A program made the translations under genes and the position numbers. The notes below the pieces were generated by a model. It did no database searches and had not been told where the DNA came from. It saw only the letters and a list, made by a program, of their open reading frames with translations. A stretch of DNA of 63,800 bases, filler included, from Lama guanicoe (Eukaryota): NCBI GenBank assembly GCA_013239625.1. It is 213 parts of 213 records of this genome, joined end to end, with 100 filler letters (N's around TTAATTAATTAA, not from the genome) between each part and the next. Parts side by side here need not be neighbours in the genome. Positions count along the whole stretch, not along the records: positions 24,001 to 24,200 come from PNXV01030023.1; positions 24,301 to 24,500 come from PNXV01030024.1; positions 24,601 to 24,800 come from PNXV01030025.1; positions 24,901 to 25,100 come from PNXV01030026.1; positions 25,201 to 25,400 come from PNXV01030027.1; positions 25,501 to 25,700 come from PNXV01030028.1; positions 25,801 to 26,000 come from PNXV01030029.1; positions 26,101 to 26,300 come from PNXV01030030.1; 205 more parts are not named here. The stretch is one strand, 5' to 3'. Positions 24,001 to 36,800 of the stretch are shown here, piece after piece; within the stretch, counting starts at the first letter, position 1; every line of letters starts with the position of its first letter.

Positions 24001-24078
24001 TGAGCCCAGGAAACAGAGCACAGGGTTTGCACCTAAGGAACAAGTCTAATATGAAGTCAGATTTATTCTTCCCTACTA
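24001..24078 (-). mobile_element. ERV LTR 5' end remnant
   Basis: Reverse complement tagtagggaagaataaatctgacttcatattagacttgttcc resembles laurasiatherian ERV1 LTR starts. Confidence 0.5.
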
Positions 24079-25026
24079 TACTTTTGTCCAGATTCCTGAA
24101 TTCGGAGAGGCTGAACATAAAGAACAGATTAAAGATCTCTCCCAAAGGAGTCTAAGATGAGTCAGGAAAAACTATGTGTATACGGTGCTTTACAAATCAT
24201 NNNNNNNNNNNNNNNNNNNNNNNNNNNNNNNNNNNNNNNNNNNNTTAATTAATTAANNNNNNNNNNNNNNNNNNNNNNNNNNNNNNNNNNNNNNNNNNNN
24301 ATTCAAAAAAGTTTTCTTATATATGCAAAAATGGAGGCACTTTGTTTACCTTCAAAATGGACATTCATTTATTTATTTTTTTTCACACTATAATCATTAT
24401 GGAACCTTTATTTGGTGCCAAGCCAAGCTAGGTGGTAAGATAGAGACATGGACCTTGAGTTAACATTTGAAATAATTTTACATAACTTTATATGAGTGTG
24501 NNNNNNNNNNNNNNNNNNNNNNNNNNNNNNNNNNNNNNNNNNNNTTAATTAATTAANNNNNNNNNNNNNNNNNNNNNNNNNNNNNNNNNNNNNNNNNNNN
24601 AAAGGGGGATGTTATAATTATCTATGACGGCTCTCTAATTATAAAGAATTGTGACTTCAAAGCTTGGCTAATGTTTGTGGTTTATTATCGTCTCTCATGT
24701 CCTCATCAGGAGTACACACTCCAGGGGGGTTACCTGGCATGTGAAAGACCCTAAAAAGGGAAACTGACAACCATGCAGTGACAGCAGGAAACTTCAATAC
24801 NNNNNNNNNNNNNNNNNNNNNNNNNNNNNNNNNNNNNNNNNNNNTTAATTAATTAANNNNNNNNNNNNNNNNNNNNNNNNNNNNNNNNNNNNNNNNNNNN
24901 TATCCAAAGTATATTTGATCACTAGTCAACTTGTGCCAAGCCTTAGTGAATTACAGGATGAGACAGACAAGAGTCATGCACTCTTGTACTTAGATTCTCG
25001 TTAGAAAGACAGAAAATGGAAACAGT

Positions 25027-25100
25027 GGGGTGGGGAGAGGCATAGCCCAGGGCCTCAATCAAAAAAATTAATAAATTTGTAAACCTAATCATCTCCCCTG
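25027..25100 (+). mobile_element. Internally deleted camelid-type SINE
   Basis: Head ggggagaggcatagcccag is joined to tail ...aataaatttgtaaacctaatcatctcccc; the tail matches the reverse complement of 53837-53870. Confidence 0.6.
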
Positions 25101-25200
25101 NNNNNNNNNNNNNNNNNNNNNNNNNNNNNNNNNNNNNNNNNNNNTTAATTAATTAANNNNNNNNNNNNNNNNNNNNNNNNNNNNNNNNNNNNNNNNNNNN

Positions 25201-25400
25201 GAGCCGGGCCCACGCCCCTCCCGCGGTCCTGGCGGGGCGCGCCGGGGCACACGCGGCGGGGTCTGGGCCTGCCCGGAAGCGCCGCGGAGACCGTGTCCCG
25301 GGCCCTCCAGAAACGCGGCAGGGTCGGGGTGCCGGGTCGGGATTCGCGTGTGCATGTCCCCACCTGCCAGGATCGCCTTCCCCGGGTGCGTGAGCTTGGC
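25201..25400. promoter_or_regulatory. CpG island fragment
   Basis: Very high GC with many CpGs. Confidence 0.75.
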
Positions 25401-26454
25401 NNNNNNNNNNNNNNNNNNNNNNNNNNNNNNNNNNNNNNNNNNNNTTAATTAATTAANNNNNNNNNNNNNNNNNNNNNNNNNNNNNNNNNNNNNNNNNNNN
25501 ATACTACGGATTAACAAGGGGGTTTCCAAGGACACACCCATTCATCTGCTGTAAGTGTACTCAATAAAAAAACAGGACAGTCTCTTCCATAGAGAACTCA
25601 ATAAAGGATAACAAGGTGATAAGCAATTTTTCCCACTTTCAGACCTGCTCTCTGAGAGGCAGCATGGTCTGAGGGAGGCAAGTGATAGATACCATCACCT
25701 NNNNNNNNNNNNNNNNNNNNNNNNNNNNNNNNNNNNNNNNNNNNTTAATTAATTAANNNNNNNNNNNNNNNNNNNNNNNNNNNNNNNNNNNNNNNNNNNN
25801 CCCCACCACAGAAACAACTTCTCCGTGGAGCACCTGGTTGTGGGCCATCACGGCCCCAGCCGATCTGCCTGCCAGATGCTGTGCTACTGGCTCGATGTCT
25901 GCCTGGCCGGCAGCCACAGCTCGCACCCTGCGGCATCATGCAGACCCCCTTTGCCTGCCTGGGCAGGGACGTCGGCAACCATGCCTCCAGCTCCCTGGGC
26001 NNNNNNNNNNNNNNNNNNNNNNNNNNNNNNNNNNNNNNNNNNNNTTAATTAATTAANNNNNNNNNNNNNNNNNNNNNNNNNNNNNNNNNNNNNNNNNNNN
26101 CTTGGCTAGGTTACGTTTTTGGGGTGGTGAGTGCATGGAGATGGAGCTGTACAGACAGAAAGGCGACATCCCTCATCTCAACAGCTGGTACCTGTGAATG
26201 TGCTGAGTTGGATTCAGAGTTGTATCATCTTTGCTGTTTTACCCCCCAACGTATTTGGCTTTCTTTGGCCTAATAGTCAACTATCTAATTCCTTCCCTTG
26301 NNNNNNNNNNNNNNNNNNNNNNNNNNNNNNNNNNNNNNNNNNNNTTAATTAATTAANNNNNNNNNNNNNNNNNNNNNNNNNNNNNNNNNNNNNNNNNNNN
26401 TAGCTGGAGTAAGCATGTATATATATATTTTTTAGTTTCTTGTATCACTAATTT

Positions 26455-26600
26455 TTTTAATGAACTTGACTTTTTAGTAAAGTTTAAATTTACAGAAAAA
26501 TGCAACAATAGCATAAAGAGCTCCCAGGTACCCTGTGCCATCTTTCTCCATTATTAGCATCTTACACTAGCATGTCACATTTGTTACCATCAATAGTATA
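26455..26600 (-). mobile_element. L1M 3' terminus (antisense)
   Basis: gtttaaatttacagaaaaatgcaacaatagcataaagagctccc...catttgttacca. Confidence 0.75.
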
Positions 26601-27949
26601 NNNNNNNNNNNNNNNNNNNNNNNNNNNNNNNNNNNNNNNNNNNNTTAATTAATTAANNNNNNNNNNNNNNNNNNNNNNNNNNNNNNNNNNNNNNNNNNNN
26701 GTTTTCTTCACTTACTACCCAGTCCTTTGCCCCAAGACACACCTCCCCCGGCTACAAACACAAAGAAATGCTGGATAAATTGGTGGGTGAGGGGACTGTC
26801 ACAGAACTGAAGACGAAATAAAGAAAAGGAAATCCTCCAGTTTCAGAAATAAAAAGGATACACAAGAGTCAGACCTACTGCCCCAAACAGCTTTAAATTC
26901 NNNNNNNNNNNNNNNNNNNNNNNNNNNNNNNNNNNNNNNNNNNNTTAATTAATTAANNNNNNNNNNNNNNNNNNNNNNNNNNNNNNNNNNNNNNNNNNNN
27001 CTTGGCTAGGTTACGTTTTTGGGGTGGTGAGTGCATGGAGATGGAGCTGCACAGACAGAAAGGCGACATCCCTCATCTCAACAGCTGGTACCTGTGAAAG
27101 TGCTGAGTTGGATTCAGAGTTGTATCATCTTTGCTGTTTCACCCCCAAACATATTTGGCTTTCTTTGGCCTAATAGTCAACTATCTAATTCCTTCCCTTG
27201 NNNNNNNNNNNNNNNNNNNNNNNNNNNNNNNNNNNNNNNNNNNNTTAATTAATTAANNNNNNNNNNNNNNNNNNNNNNNNNNNNNNNNNNNNNNNNNNNN
27301 GAGGAGTTAGCCATACTGGGAAAGAAAAAACAACCCAATTACTACTCAATGGTTGTCTCTGTGTTCATATTTTATGGCTCATCTCAATATTGGGAACAGC
27401 TAGGCATTCAGGATACTAATTAAATACCTGGCCTTTGACAGCTGGGTAACGCTCCATCCTGAGAGTCACAGATTTGCATGTGCTGTTCATTCCGTGGTTA
27501 NNNNNNNNNNNNNNNNNNNNNNNNNNNNNNNNNNNNNNNNNNNNTTAATTAATTAANNNNNNNNNNNNNNNNNNNNNNNNNNNNNNNNNNNNNNNNNNNN
27601 TAGCTCAGAGTCTGAAAGCTGGAAAATAAACTAAGTGAATGAAGAAAGCGGTCTGAGTATTCTCCATGTTTTTATGTCACGAGAAAACCAACAAACTTAT
27701 TTTCTCCTCCTAGAAGATCTGTTTTCATGCAGATTAACCACTCCTGGAAGGAAACACATCACTCCTTTCCTAATTTAAATATATATATTATGTATAAAAA
27801 NNNNNNNNNNNNNNNNNNNNNNNNNNNNNNNNNNNNNNNNNNNNTTAATTAATTAANNNNNNNNNNNNNNNNNNNNNNNNNNNNNNNNNNNNNNNNNNNN
27901 GGAGGGAGAAACAAAACTCCAGCATTTACTCACACGGGGGAGATGCCAC

Positions 27950-28100
27950 CGGAAGGTCTATGTCAGTAAGAAGCTAGGAACCCAAAGAGTAAAAGTAAAT
28001 ACCTATGAGCCCATGCTGATACAGATAAATGACTGAACAAATAAACGCACGGGGGAGAAGGGACAGCTCCTCCTTACAGGAGAATTCCAAGTAATAAACA
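27950..28100 (+). mobile_element. L1MD/ME-type 3' UTR
   Basis: gagcccatgctgatacagataaatgactgaacaaataaa...gggagaagggacagctcctccttacaggagaattccaa. Confidence 0.65.
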
Positions 28101-28200
28101 NNNNNNNNNNNNNNNNNNNNNNNNNNNNNNNNNNNNNNNNNNNNTTAATTAATTAANNNNNNNNNNNNNNNNNNNNNNNNNNNNNNNNNNNNNNNNNNNN

Positions 28201-28400
28201 GGAATATAGAAAAATATACAAATATACCAAGAGCCCCTCAAGGAAAAGACAGACAGCCCAAGAGGAAGATGAGAGGGGAGAGAACTGGAAGGGAAGCTTT
28301 ACAGAAGAAGACATCCAATGACAATAAACATACGAAAATACATTTAATGAAAATGAAGATTAAAACCACAATAAGATATCAAAATGAGAAAAGACGGAAA
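28201..28400 (+). mobile_element. Old L1 ORF2 C-terminal remnant
   Basis: ttacagaagaagacatccaatgacaataaacatacgaaaa...attaaaaccacaataagatatc. Confidence 0.75.
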
Positions 28401-28500
28401 NNNNNNNNNNNNNNNNNNNNNNNNNNNNNNNNNNNNNNNNNNNNTTAATTAATTAANNNNNNNNNNNNNNNNNNNNNNNNNNNNNNNNNNNNNNNNNNNN

Positions 28501-28700
28501 CCTAATTTATCCCTCCCGCCCTCTCCCCTTTGGTAACTATAGTTTATTTTCTATGACTGTGAGTCTGCTTTTGGTTTGTAACTAGAATCTGTATCTTTTT
28601 TTTTAGATTCCACATATAAGCGATATCACATGATATTTGTCTTTCTCTGACTTACTTCACTCAACATGATAATCTCTAGGTCCATCCATGTTGCTGCAAA
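28501..28700 (-). mobile_element. Cetartiodactyl-type L1 3' UTR (antisense)
   Basis: ccctttggtaactatagtt...tttagattccacatataagcgatatcac...tctaggtccatccatgttgctgcaaa. Confidence 0.9.
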
Positions 28701-29513
28701 NNNNNNNNNNNNNNNNNNNNNNNNNNNNNNNNNNNNNNNNNNNNTTAATTAATTAANNNNNNNNNNNNNNNNNNNNNNNNNNNNNNNNNNNNNNNNNNNN
28801 AAACTGTATTCAGAAAGGACATGCAATCTGTCTTCAGGTTAAAATCAATCAAAAATTAGACAGAAAGAAGTATCAGAGAAGACACATAACCGTGATATTG
28901 CTTTAGAGTGTGGTCCTCCTAGGTAAATATAGGTTGCAATGTAATTAAACAAAAAAGGAGGAAAAGCCATGTAAGAAAAGTAAGGCAGCAGTGAAACTCC
29001 NNNNNNNNNNNNNNNNNNNNNNNNNNNNNNNNNNNNNNNNNNNNTTAATTAATTAANNNNNNNNNNNNNNNNNNNNNNNNNNNNNNNNNNNNNNNNNNNN
29101 AGGAGTATTCCTTCCTGCTTGTTTTCTTTCTATCAGCTTTATAATGTTCCGCAAAGCACAAGAAGAAAATATTTTAAGTGACATAAGGCTGTGACTATGG
29201 TAAGTCCACTTAACGAGTAGTTTTCCCAACAACATAAATTCTTTTGTAACTAAAAGGGAGGGAAAGTGACTGCTTTAAGAGGTAAGATGTGAAAGGCTAC
29301 NNNNNNNNNNNNNNNNNNNNNNNNNNNNNNNNNNNNNNNNNNNNTTAATTAATTAANNNNNNNNNNNNNNNNNNNNNNNNNNNNNNNNNNNNNNNNNNNN
29401 GAGAAGACAGTCTGAAAAGAAGACACTCAGATGAGGGTGAGCATTACGAGAGAGACCACTGCCCCTGAGTGGTGTGAGGTCGACCAAGGAGTCTGACCGA
29501 GGATGCAAATGTG

Positions 29514-29600
29514 CAGCGCTTCTCAACCTGGCGCCGCTGACATTTTGATTGGATACTTCTCTGTCGTAGGGGCTTGCGCTGGACACCGCAGGATGTTTAG
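29514..29600. mobile_element. MER20 (hAT-Charlie) end
   Basis: cagcgcttctcaacctggcgccgctgacattttg...gcaggatgtttag matches the MER20 terminus. Confidence 0.8.
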
Positions 29601-30300
29601 NNNNNNNNNNNNNNNNNNNNNNNNNNNNNNNNNNNNNNNNNNNNTTAATTAATTAANNNNNNNNNNNNNNNNNNNNNNNNNNNNNNNNNNNNNNNNNNNN
29701 CATACACGCACATAAGTAAGCATACATTAAACACACATTTCTTAAATGTTCCCATTTCCTAGTTAATATGCTAGGCAAAGGGATGCACAGTGACGAACAG
29801 AAAGTATCAAAAATTGTTACTTATACTATTGGTGGCAGACAGTCAGAATAAAAAAAAAAAAGGAAGGGTTCATAAGAGTATATTCCACTCAAACATGTGT
29901 NNNNNNNNNNNNNNNNNNNNNNNNNNNNNNNNNNNNNNNNNNNNTTAATTAATTAANNNNNNNNNNNNNNNNNNNNNNNNNNNNNNNNNNNNNNNNNNNN
30001 ATAGATGAGCAAGAAGGAAATTGAACAAGGAGGTAACAATCATGGCGGCATGACCACGCCCCAGAGCAAAGAAGGGTGCAATATTTGTAGAGTAATTGTA
30101 ACAGCCCTAATCATGGGCTCAACTCCAGGTTCACCACCACATGGATCATGATCAGGAATTCACCCCATGTTCCTGTCTGAGATGAGAAACGGCCTCTTCA
30201 NNNNNNNNNNNNNNNNNNNNNNNNNNNNNNNNNNNNNNNNNNNNTTAATTAATTAANNNNNNNNNNNNNNNNNNNNNNNNNNNNNNNNNNNNNNNNNNNN

Positions 30301-30495
30301 AATTTGAATTCTTACTATACAGCTAAAGCAGTAAAAACGCTGTGGTGTCGTGCAGGGATGGACACATCCATCCATGGAGCAGAACAGGGAGCCCAGAAAC
30401 GGACTGTCAGAAGTACAGCCGACGGATTTGTGACAAAGGCAGAAAGCAGTTCAGTGGAGGAAGAACAGTCTCTTCATCAAGTGGTGCTGGGAAAA
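30301..30495 (+). mobile_element. L1 ORF2 fragment, decayed
   Basis: tactatacagct...tgacaaaggcagaaagcagttcagtggaggaagaacagtctcttcatcaagtggtgctggg (DKG...SLF.KWCW). Confidence 0.85.
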
Positions 30496-30900
30496 AAAAA
30501 NNNNNNNNNNNNNNNNNNNNNNNNNNNNNNNNNNNNNNNNNNNNTTAATTAATTAANNNNNNNNNNNNNNNNNNNNNNNNNNNNNNNNNNNNNNNNNNNN
30601 GGATGTGAGGTTTGGATGAAGACTTGCTATTGATTTTGCTCAAGTATGTGCTGGGTGAATGGAGCTTGGTAGGCCTTAAGGAAAGTAGCAGGATTTCGAT
30701 CATCTTTTTTCCCTTGTAAAGTCATTTGACCGTGGTTGCCCCAGTTTCTTGACTTCCAGAAGTATAACCAGGTCCAGGTTATGGAGTGGAATGAAGAGAT
30801 NNNNNNNNNNNNNNNNNNNNNNNNNNNNNNNNNNNNNNNNNNNNTTAATTAATTAANNNNNNNNNNNNNNNNNNNNNNNNNNNNNNNNNNNNNNNNNNNN

Positions 30901-31100
30901 GGTTCAGCTCCAAGTGAGACAAGTGTTGCCGGGTAGCTCATTACCATCTTATTAGGGCAGTAAGCTCCACGCCTCGCGCGCCGTGATGGCTCCGTAGCTT
31001 CCGATCCAGATACCAAAGAACCACACAAACGCAGAAAAGGGGGCATCCCAATTCCAGGGAGAACCCCGCCTTTTCCCAGAAAACCAATACATATGCCTCC
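30901..31100 (+). mobile_element. Probable ERV1 LTR fragment
   Basis: gggggcatcccaattccagggagaaccccgccttttcccagaaaacc resembles ERV1 LTR U3 motifs. Confidence 0.4.
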
Positions 31101-31500
31101 NNNNNNNNNNNNNNNNNNNNNNNNNNNNNNNNNNNNNNNNNNNNTTAATTAATTAANNNNNNNNNNNNNNNNNNNNNNNNNNNNNNNNNNNNNNNNNNNN
31201 CTTACAGACAGAACCTCCCCTGAATACACCAGAAAATAGAGAATATCTTACAGAAATTATGTTCAAATTATTTGATATTCCAGGACTTTACATTGCAGTT
31301 CAGGTAAGGACAAGTGAATTTCATAATTCCCAAGTGACCTTACTTGTCTAATGTGGAAGAAATGGTGATTCTAGAGGCCTCTGTAAGATTGTGTGGTGTG
31401 NNNNNNNNNNNNNNNNNNNNNNNNNNNNNNNNNNNNNNNNNNNNTTAATTAATTAANNNNNNNNNNNNNNNNNNNNNNNNNNNNNNNNNNNNNNNNNNNN

Positions 31501-31700
31501 TGGGAGAAAATATTTGTAAATGATTCAACTGACAAAGGCTTAATTTCCATATTATATAATCAGCTCATAAAGCTTAATAGCAAAAAACCAAGAACCCAAT
31601 CCAACAATGGGCAGAAGATCTAAACAAGCATTTCTCCAGTGAAGACATACGAATGATCAATAGGCACATGAACAAATGCTCAGTATCACTAATTATCAGA
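31501..31700 (+). mobile_element. L1 ORF2 C-terminal fragment
   Basis: [29 protein letters not shown], a frameshift, then [36 protein letters not shown]. Confidence 0.95.
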
Positions 31701-32709
31701 NNNNNNNNNNNNNNNNNNNNNNNNNNNNNNNNNNNNNNNNNNNNTTAATTAATTAANNNNNNNNNNNNNNNNNNNNNNNNNNNNNNNNNNNNNNNNNNNN
31801 TCCCGCTACAGAAGCCTGCACCTCGGGTCATTCTCAGCAGTGCTCCCTGCACACATGCAGCGACAGGACGCCTGCGGACTAGTGCTTGGAAACGTTGCCA
31901 TCACCTGCACTCGGCGATTTTAAAGATGCACTAAGTGGCTGCTCGATTAAGACTTCACAGTCATGATGCCAAAAAGACACAGAAGTCAGTCCCAGCGCAG
32001 NNNNNNNNNNNNNNNNNNNNNNNNNNNNNNNNNNNNNNNNNNNNTTAATTAATTAANNNNNNNNNNNNNNNNNNNNNNNNNNNNNNNNNNNNNNNNNNNN
32101 CACTAGAGACAGTAATAAATACGACCTATTCTGGTACCTGATGGGGCAGCAGAGCACACAGAGGCCTACGATCACGTGGAAGGAACCACAGAGAAGCTTC
32201 CGTTGTGTAAGCCTAAGAAAGGTTCCGGTTCTCGCTCCTTAGTCTGAACCTTAGGCTAATAGCTAGCCTCTAAATTGAAGATGATTAGTAAAATAATGTG
32301 NNNNNNNNNNNNNNNNNNNNNNNNNNNNNNNNNNNNNNNNNNNNTTAATTAATTAANNNNNNNNNNNNNNNNNNNNNNNNNNNNNNNNNNNNNNNNNNNN
32401 AGGGAAAAGTCAAGTCAGAGGCAGACAGTCAAAAGGTGAGAAAACAGCGGGCACCAGAAATGAAGATGTGAGAAACCAGTTCCGGAGACAGAGGGTAATA
32501 AAGTGCAGTCAAAAAAAGCTCAAGACTGAGGGAAAAAACTGCACTGAATAAGAGGGAAATAGTATAAAAATAGCACAGAATATGGAAAGAAAAGCTTGTT
32601 NNNNNNNNNNNNNNNNNNNNNNNNNNNNNNNNNNNNNNNNNNNNTTAATTAATTAANNNNNNNNNNNNNNNNNNNNNNNNNNNNNNNNNNNNNNNNNNNN
32701 GTTTAAATG

Positions 32710-32865
32710 AGTATGTCAACCCATGTGCTAAGTACTATTATTTTATTATTTTTTTCATTTTACGTAGGTAAGGACACAGAGGAGCCTCAAGTTTGAGTAG
32801 ATTGCCCAATATCATACCACTACTTTATGGTGGAGCTGGTTTGAAATTCAGGTCTCCTATCTTTT
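32710..32865 (-). mobile_element. MIR remnant
   Basis: cattttacgtaggtaaggacacagagg...gattgcccaatatcatacc...ggagctggtttgaaattcaggtct. Confidence 0.7.
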
Positions 32866-34306
32866 ACAGAGTTGCCTGGTGTCAAGCCCTTGACATAGTT
32901 NNNNNNNNNNNNNNNNNNNNNNNNNNNNNNNNNNNNNNNNNNNNTTAATTAATTAANNNNNNNNNNNNNNNNNNNNNNNNNNNNNNNNNNNNNNNNNNNN
33001 TGAAAACTGTGAATGAAAAAGTTGGGCTTGTCTCATTCTGGTAAACCTCAAATAATTATGACAAAAATGAGACTTAGCATGAGGCCAGCGATGCAGGCGG
33101 CGGCGTGGAATGAAGGGAAGAACCAGATCCCCAAACACGTAACACGGCGGGCGGTCGTACAGCCAGTCATCACTCTGGATTTTCTCTTTTGTGAGACAAA
33201 NNNNNNNNNNNNNNNNNNNNNNNNNNNNNNNNNNNNNNNNNNNNTTAATTAATTAANNNNNNNNNNNNNNNNNNNNNNNNNNNNNNNNNNNNNNNNNNNN
33301 CTAATGGGAGAAAATCAAAGCACCCAGGTTTTTAAAATTTATATATACAGAGCTCTTCCGAGACTTCCATAAACCATGTTTTCCACAATGAAAGAGAGAG
33401 AAAGAAAGAGAGGGGGAAAGAGAGGGAGAGAGGATAAAAACAATAAAAATGAGAAATGGACTATAATATTAACAAAAATAGTTTATTTTAATGAGAATGC
33501 NNNNNNNNNNNNNNNNNNNNNNNNNNNNNNNNNNNNNNNNNNNNTTAATTAATTAANNNNNNNNNNNNNNNNNNNNNNNNNNNNNNNNNNNNNNNNNNNN
33601 ACGTCCCTGGCTCGTTCCCTCTTTCCCTCCCCTCCACCGTCCTCCTCCCTCCTTCCTTCCACAGCCACATCTTCAGCTCTTACACTTGACAGGCGCTGTC
33701 CGGGGCGGGGAGGGGTGCTCAGGTTACAAAGATAAAATAAAACATTAGCCGTATCTTTAGTGAGTTTGCGAGAATCGTCATCCTGGAGTTTGATACGGGA
33801 NNNNNNNNNNNNNNNNNNNNNNNNNNNNNNNNNNNNNNNNNNNNTTAATTAATTAANNNNNNNNNNNNNNNNNNNNNNNNNNNNNNNNNNNNNNNNNNNN
33901 ACCAGGTCTGAGCAAAGCTGTCCTCAAAGAGCCAGAGGACCAGAGGGGGCGCAGGCAGCCTGTCTTCTCAGGGGTCTGGGAGGGCTGGGAGAGGAACTGC
34001 CTGCCCGGGGTTGATTACAGCAGAACCCAGAGCAGAGAGGAAGGCGAATGCAAACACTATGCAAATACAGCAGCCTGCTTTTGTCTCTTCTCACCAGAAG
34101 NNNNNNNNNNNNNNNNNNNNNNNNNNNNNNNNNNNNNNNNNNNNTTAATTAATTAANNNNNNNNNNNNNNNNNNNNNNNNNNNNNNNNNNNNNNNNNNNN
34201 AAAGATTTTCAAGATGCTACTAAAAAGAACAGATCTTTTCAAACTGATGTCATTATTCTTTGAAGTACATGAATTTTCTTCAGGCTTTAAATAATATATT
34301 AAAATG

Positions 34307-34311
<5 letters not shown>

Positions 34312-34343
<32 letters not shown>

Positions 34344-34350
34344 CACATAT
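34312..34350. repeat. (TA)n microsatellite
   Basis: Direct reading of the sequence. Confidence 0.95.
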
Positions 34351-35409
34351 TACCTTTATAATATGATCTAGACCACTCCAAGAGCCAGAGTTCCTCTTTA
34401 NNNNNNNNNNNNNNNNNNNNNNNNNNNNNNNNNNNNNNNNNNNNTTAATTAATTAANNNNNNNNNNNNNNNNNNNNNNNNNNNNNNNNNNNNNNNNNNNN
34501 TTCCTTGTAATACTTGGCCAGATGAACCAAGAGCTCCAGCCTAACTATTCGCTTTTTGTTAGGGTCTTGAAAAACAGCAGTGCTCTTTGGAGTCTCTCCC
34601 TGGGCCTTGCACTTCATGCTCCCGCTTGGCTCCCGCCTCCCACGGGGATATAGGGGCCGGGGCCCTTTAACCTTCTCTCCATGCCAGGTGGTCGGCGCTG
34701 NNNNNNNNNNNNNNNNNNNNNNNNNNNNNNNNNNNNNNNNNNNNTTAATTAATTAANNNNNNNNNNNNNNNNNNNNNNNNNNNNNNNNNNNNNNNNNNNN
34801 ATTCAATATATTTTCTCACTGACAAATAAAAAAGAAAGAAAGAAAAAAACTAACCAATCAAAGAATTTTTAAAGAAAAGTTAATAAGAAAAATGTAGTTA
34901 AAAGCACCTGTTGCAGGCCCTGACCTCTATTAGAGATCAATATTTACTAGTTTTTTTAGGCAAATTGGGATCCTCAGCCAGAGAACTACTTCTCCCCACC
35001 NNNNNNNNNNNNNNNNNNNNNNNNNNNNNNNNNNNNNNNNNNNNTTAATTAATTAANNNNNNNNNNNNNNNNNNNNNNNNNNNNNNNNNNNNNNNNNNNN
35101 CGATGACCTCGTGCTTACCACGTGCCAGGCACTCCTCTAGGACAGTCAATTGTCAATGGACAGAAAACCCCAAAGAATCCCCAACCAGGGAGGTCAGTTC
35201 TGACGTTTCGGTTATGGCACGCGAGCCTGGGGACGCGCCTGAGCCAGGGCTGCTGAGAAGCGAAGTCAGGACACTACATGACACCAGGGGGCTCGGGGGC
35301 NNNNNNNNNNNNNNNNNNNNNNNNNNNNNNNNNNNNNNNNNNNNTTAATTAATTAANNNNNNNNNNNNNNNNNNNNNNNNNNNNNNNNNNNNNNNNNNNN
35401 TCCACAACG

Positions 35410-35545
35410 GGGCAGTGTGCTTCTTCAAGGTGAACAGGAGACTCTCATACTTCTGAGAAAGCCTGAATCCTTTTAAAGGGCTCACCTGATTAGGTCCGGT
35501 CCACCCAAAATAACCTTCCCTTTGATTAACTCAAAGCCAATAGAT
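35410..35545 (-). mobile_element. MLT1 LTR fragment
   Basis: ttttaaagggctcacctgattaggtccggtccacccaaaataaccttccctttgattaactcaaag. Confidence 0.8.
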
Positions 35546-35714
35546 TTCTTCAGTCTTTACCTGGCCAACCTATTTAAAATTTCAACCCCAGCCCCTCATC
35601 NNNNNNNNNNNNNNNNNNNNNNNNNNNNNNNNNNNNNNNNNNNNTTAATTAATTAANNNNNNNNNNNNNNNNNNNNNNNNNNNNNNNNNNNNNNNNNNNN
35701 GCAAGGCAGGCACG

Positions 35715-35820
35715 ACGAAGAAAGTACAGCTCAGAGAGGTTATGTCATTGCCCTGCATCACACAGCAGGTAAGTATAGGAACTGGGACTCCAGAGCAGTC
35801 CCAGTTGACTTCAAAGTTCA
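35715..35820 (-). mobile_element. MIR remnant
   Basis: gctcagagaggttatgtcattgccctgcatcacacagcaggtaagtataggaactgggactc. Confidence 0.8.
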
Positions 35821-36647
35821 TTGTTCACCCATCAGTGTCTTCATCTCCCGCGTGCCTGAATGTGTAATGATCTCAGTTAATCCCCACAACAACCTCCAAA
35901 NNNNNNNNNNNNNNNNNNNNNNNNNNNNNNNNNNNNNNNNNNNNTTAATTAATTAANNNNNNNNNNNNNNNNNNNNNNNNNNNNNNNNNNNNNNNNNNNN
36001 CAAGCTTGGCAGCTGCTTTTCTGGACAAAGGCTGCTTGGCCCCAGGTGCCGTCTCACAGCAGTCCCTAAGCTCTGAGCCCCCCAGGGGTGTTTCAGCAGC
36101 CTTGCATTTCCTTCTGTCCTCCTTACGGAACAGGAGCCTGGCTACAGTCCATGCACAAATGAGAGTACCTCTTTCTCCAAAGGGAGCAGACCCGTCCCGG
36201 NNNNNNNNNNNNNNNNNNNNNNNNNNNNNNNNNNNNNNNNNNNNTTAATTAATTAANNNNNNNNNNNNNNNNNNNNNNNNNNNNNNNNNNNNNNNNNNNN
36301 TTCAGTCACTTGATAGGAGCCCCTTCATTCAGTTAAGGGACATGGTCACTGTGGATGAGTCCAGAGAGAGTGGCCCAGGCTATCTCACACTCCCTTCCTT
36401 TATTTCCTTACTTATGAAGTGGAAACACAATCAATCAACAGAGGTCAAGGGAGCCCACTGATAGAGCCCACACACATCAGCCTCACAGGGCACAGGGCAC
36501 NNNNNNNNNNNNNNNNNNNNNNNNNNNNNNNNNNNNNNNNNNNNTTAATTAATTAANNNNNNNNNNNNNNNNNNNNNNNNNNNNNNNNNNNNNNNNNNNN
36601 TTTTTTTTTTCCCTGCTAGCATCTTTAATCTTAAAAAAAATCGGAGA

Positions 36648-36800
36648 GAGGACTTCCGGCCGTTGGTCTGGTACATAAGGTGCCAGAAGTCACCACTCTT
36701 TCTCAGCAACCAAATAAAAAACTGAACAAATTGAAATACTAACTGATCTGTCGGGGAAATGGGGTCACAGGCCAGCTGCTGTCCCCCGACCTGGGGAGGC
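36648..36800 (+). mobile_element. Possible old L1M 5' end
   Basis: ggacttccgg...aaaaaactgaacaaattgaaa...aaatggggtcacaggccagctgctgtcccc. Confidence 0.45.

Noticed and set aside
33935..33955. Second CTCF site (ccagagggggcgc)
   Set aside because: One base short of the correct core spacing; weak.
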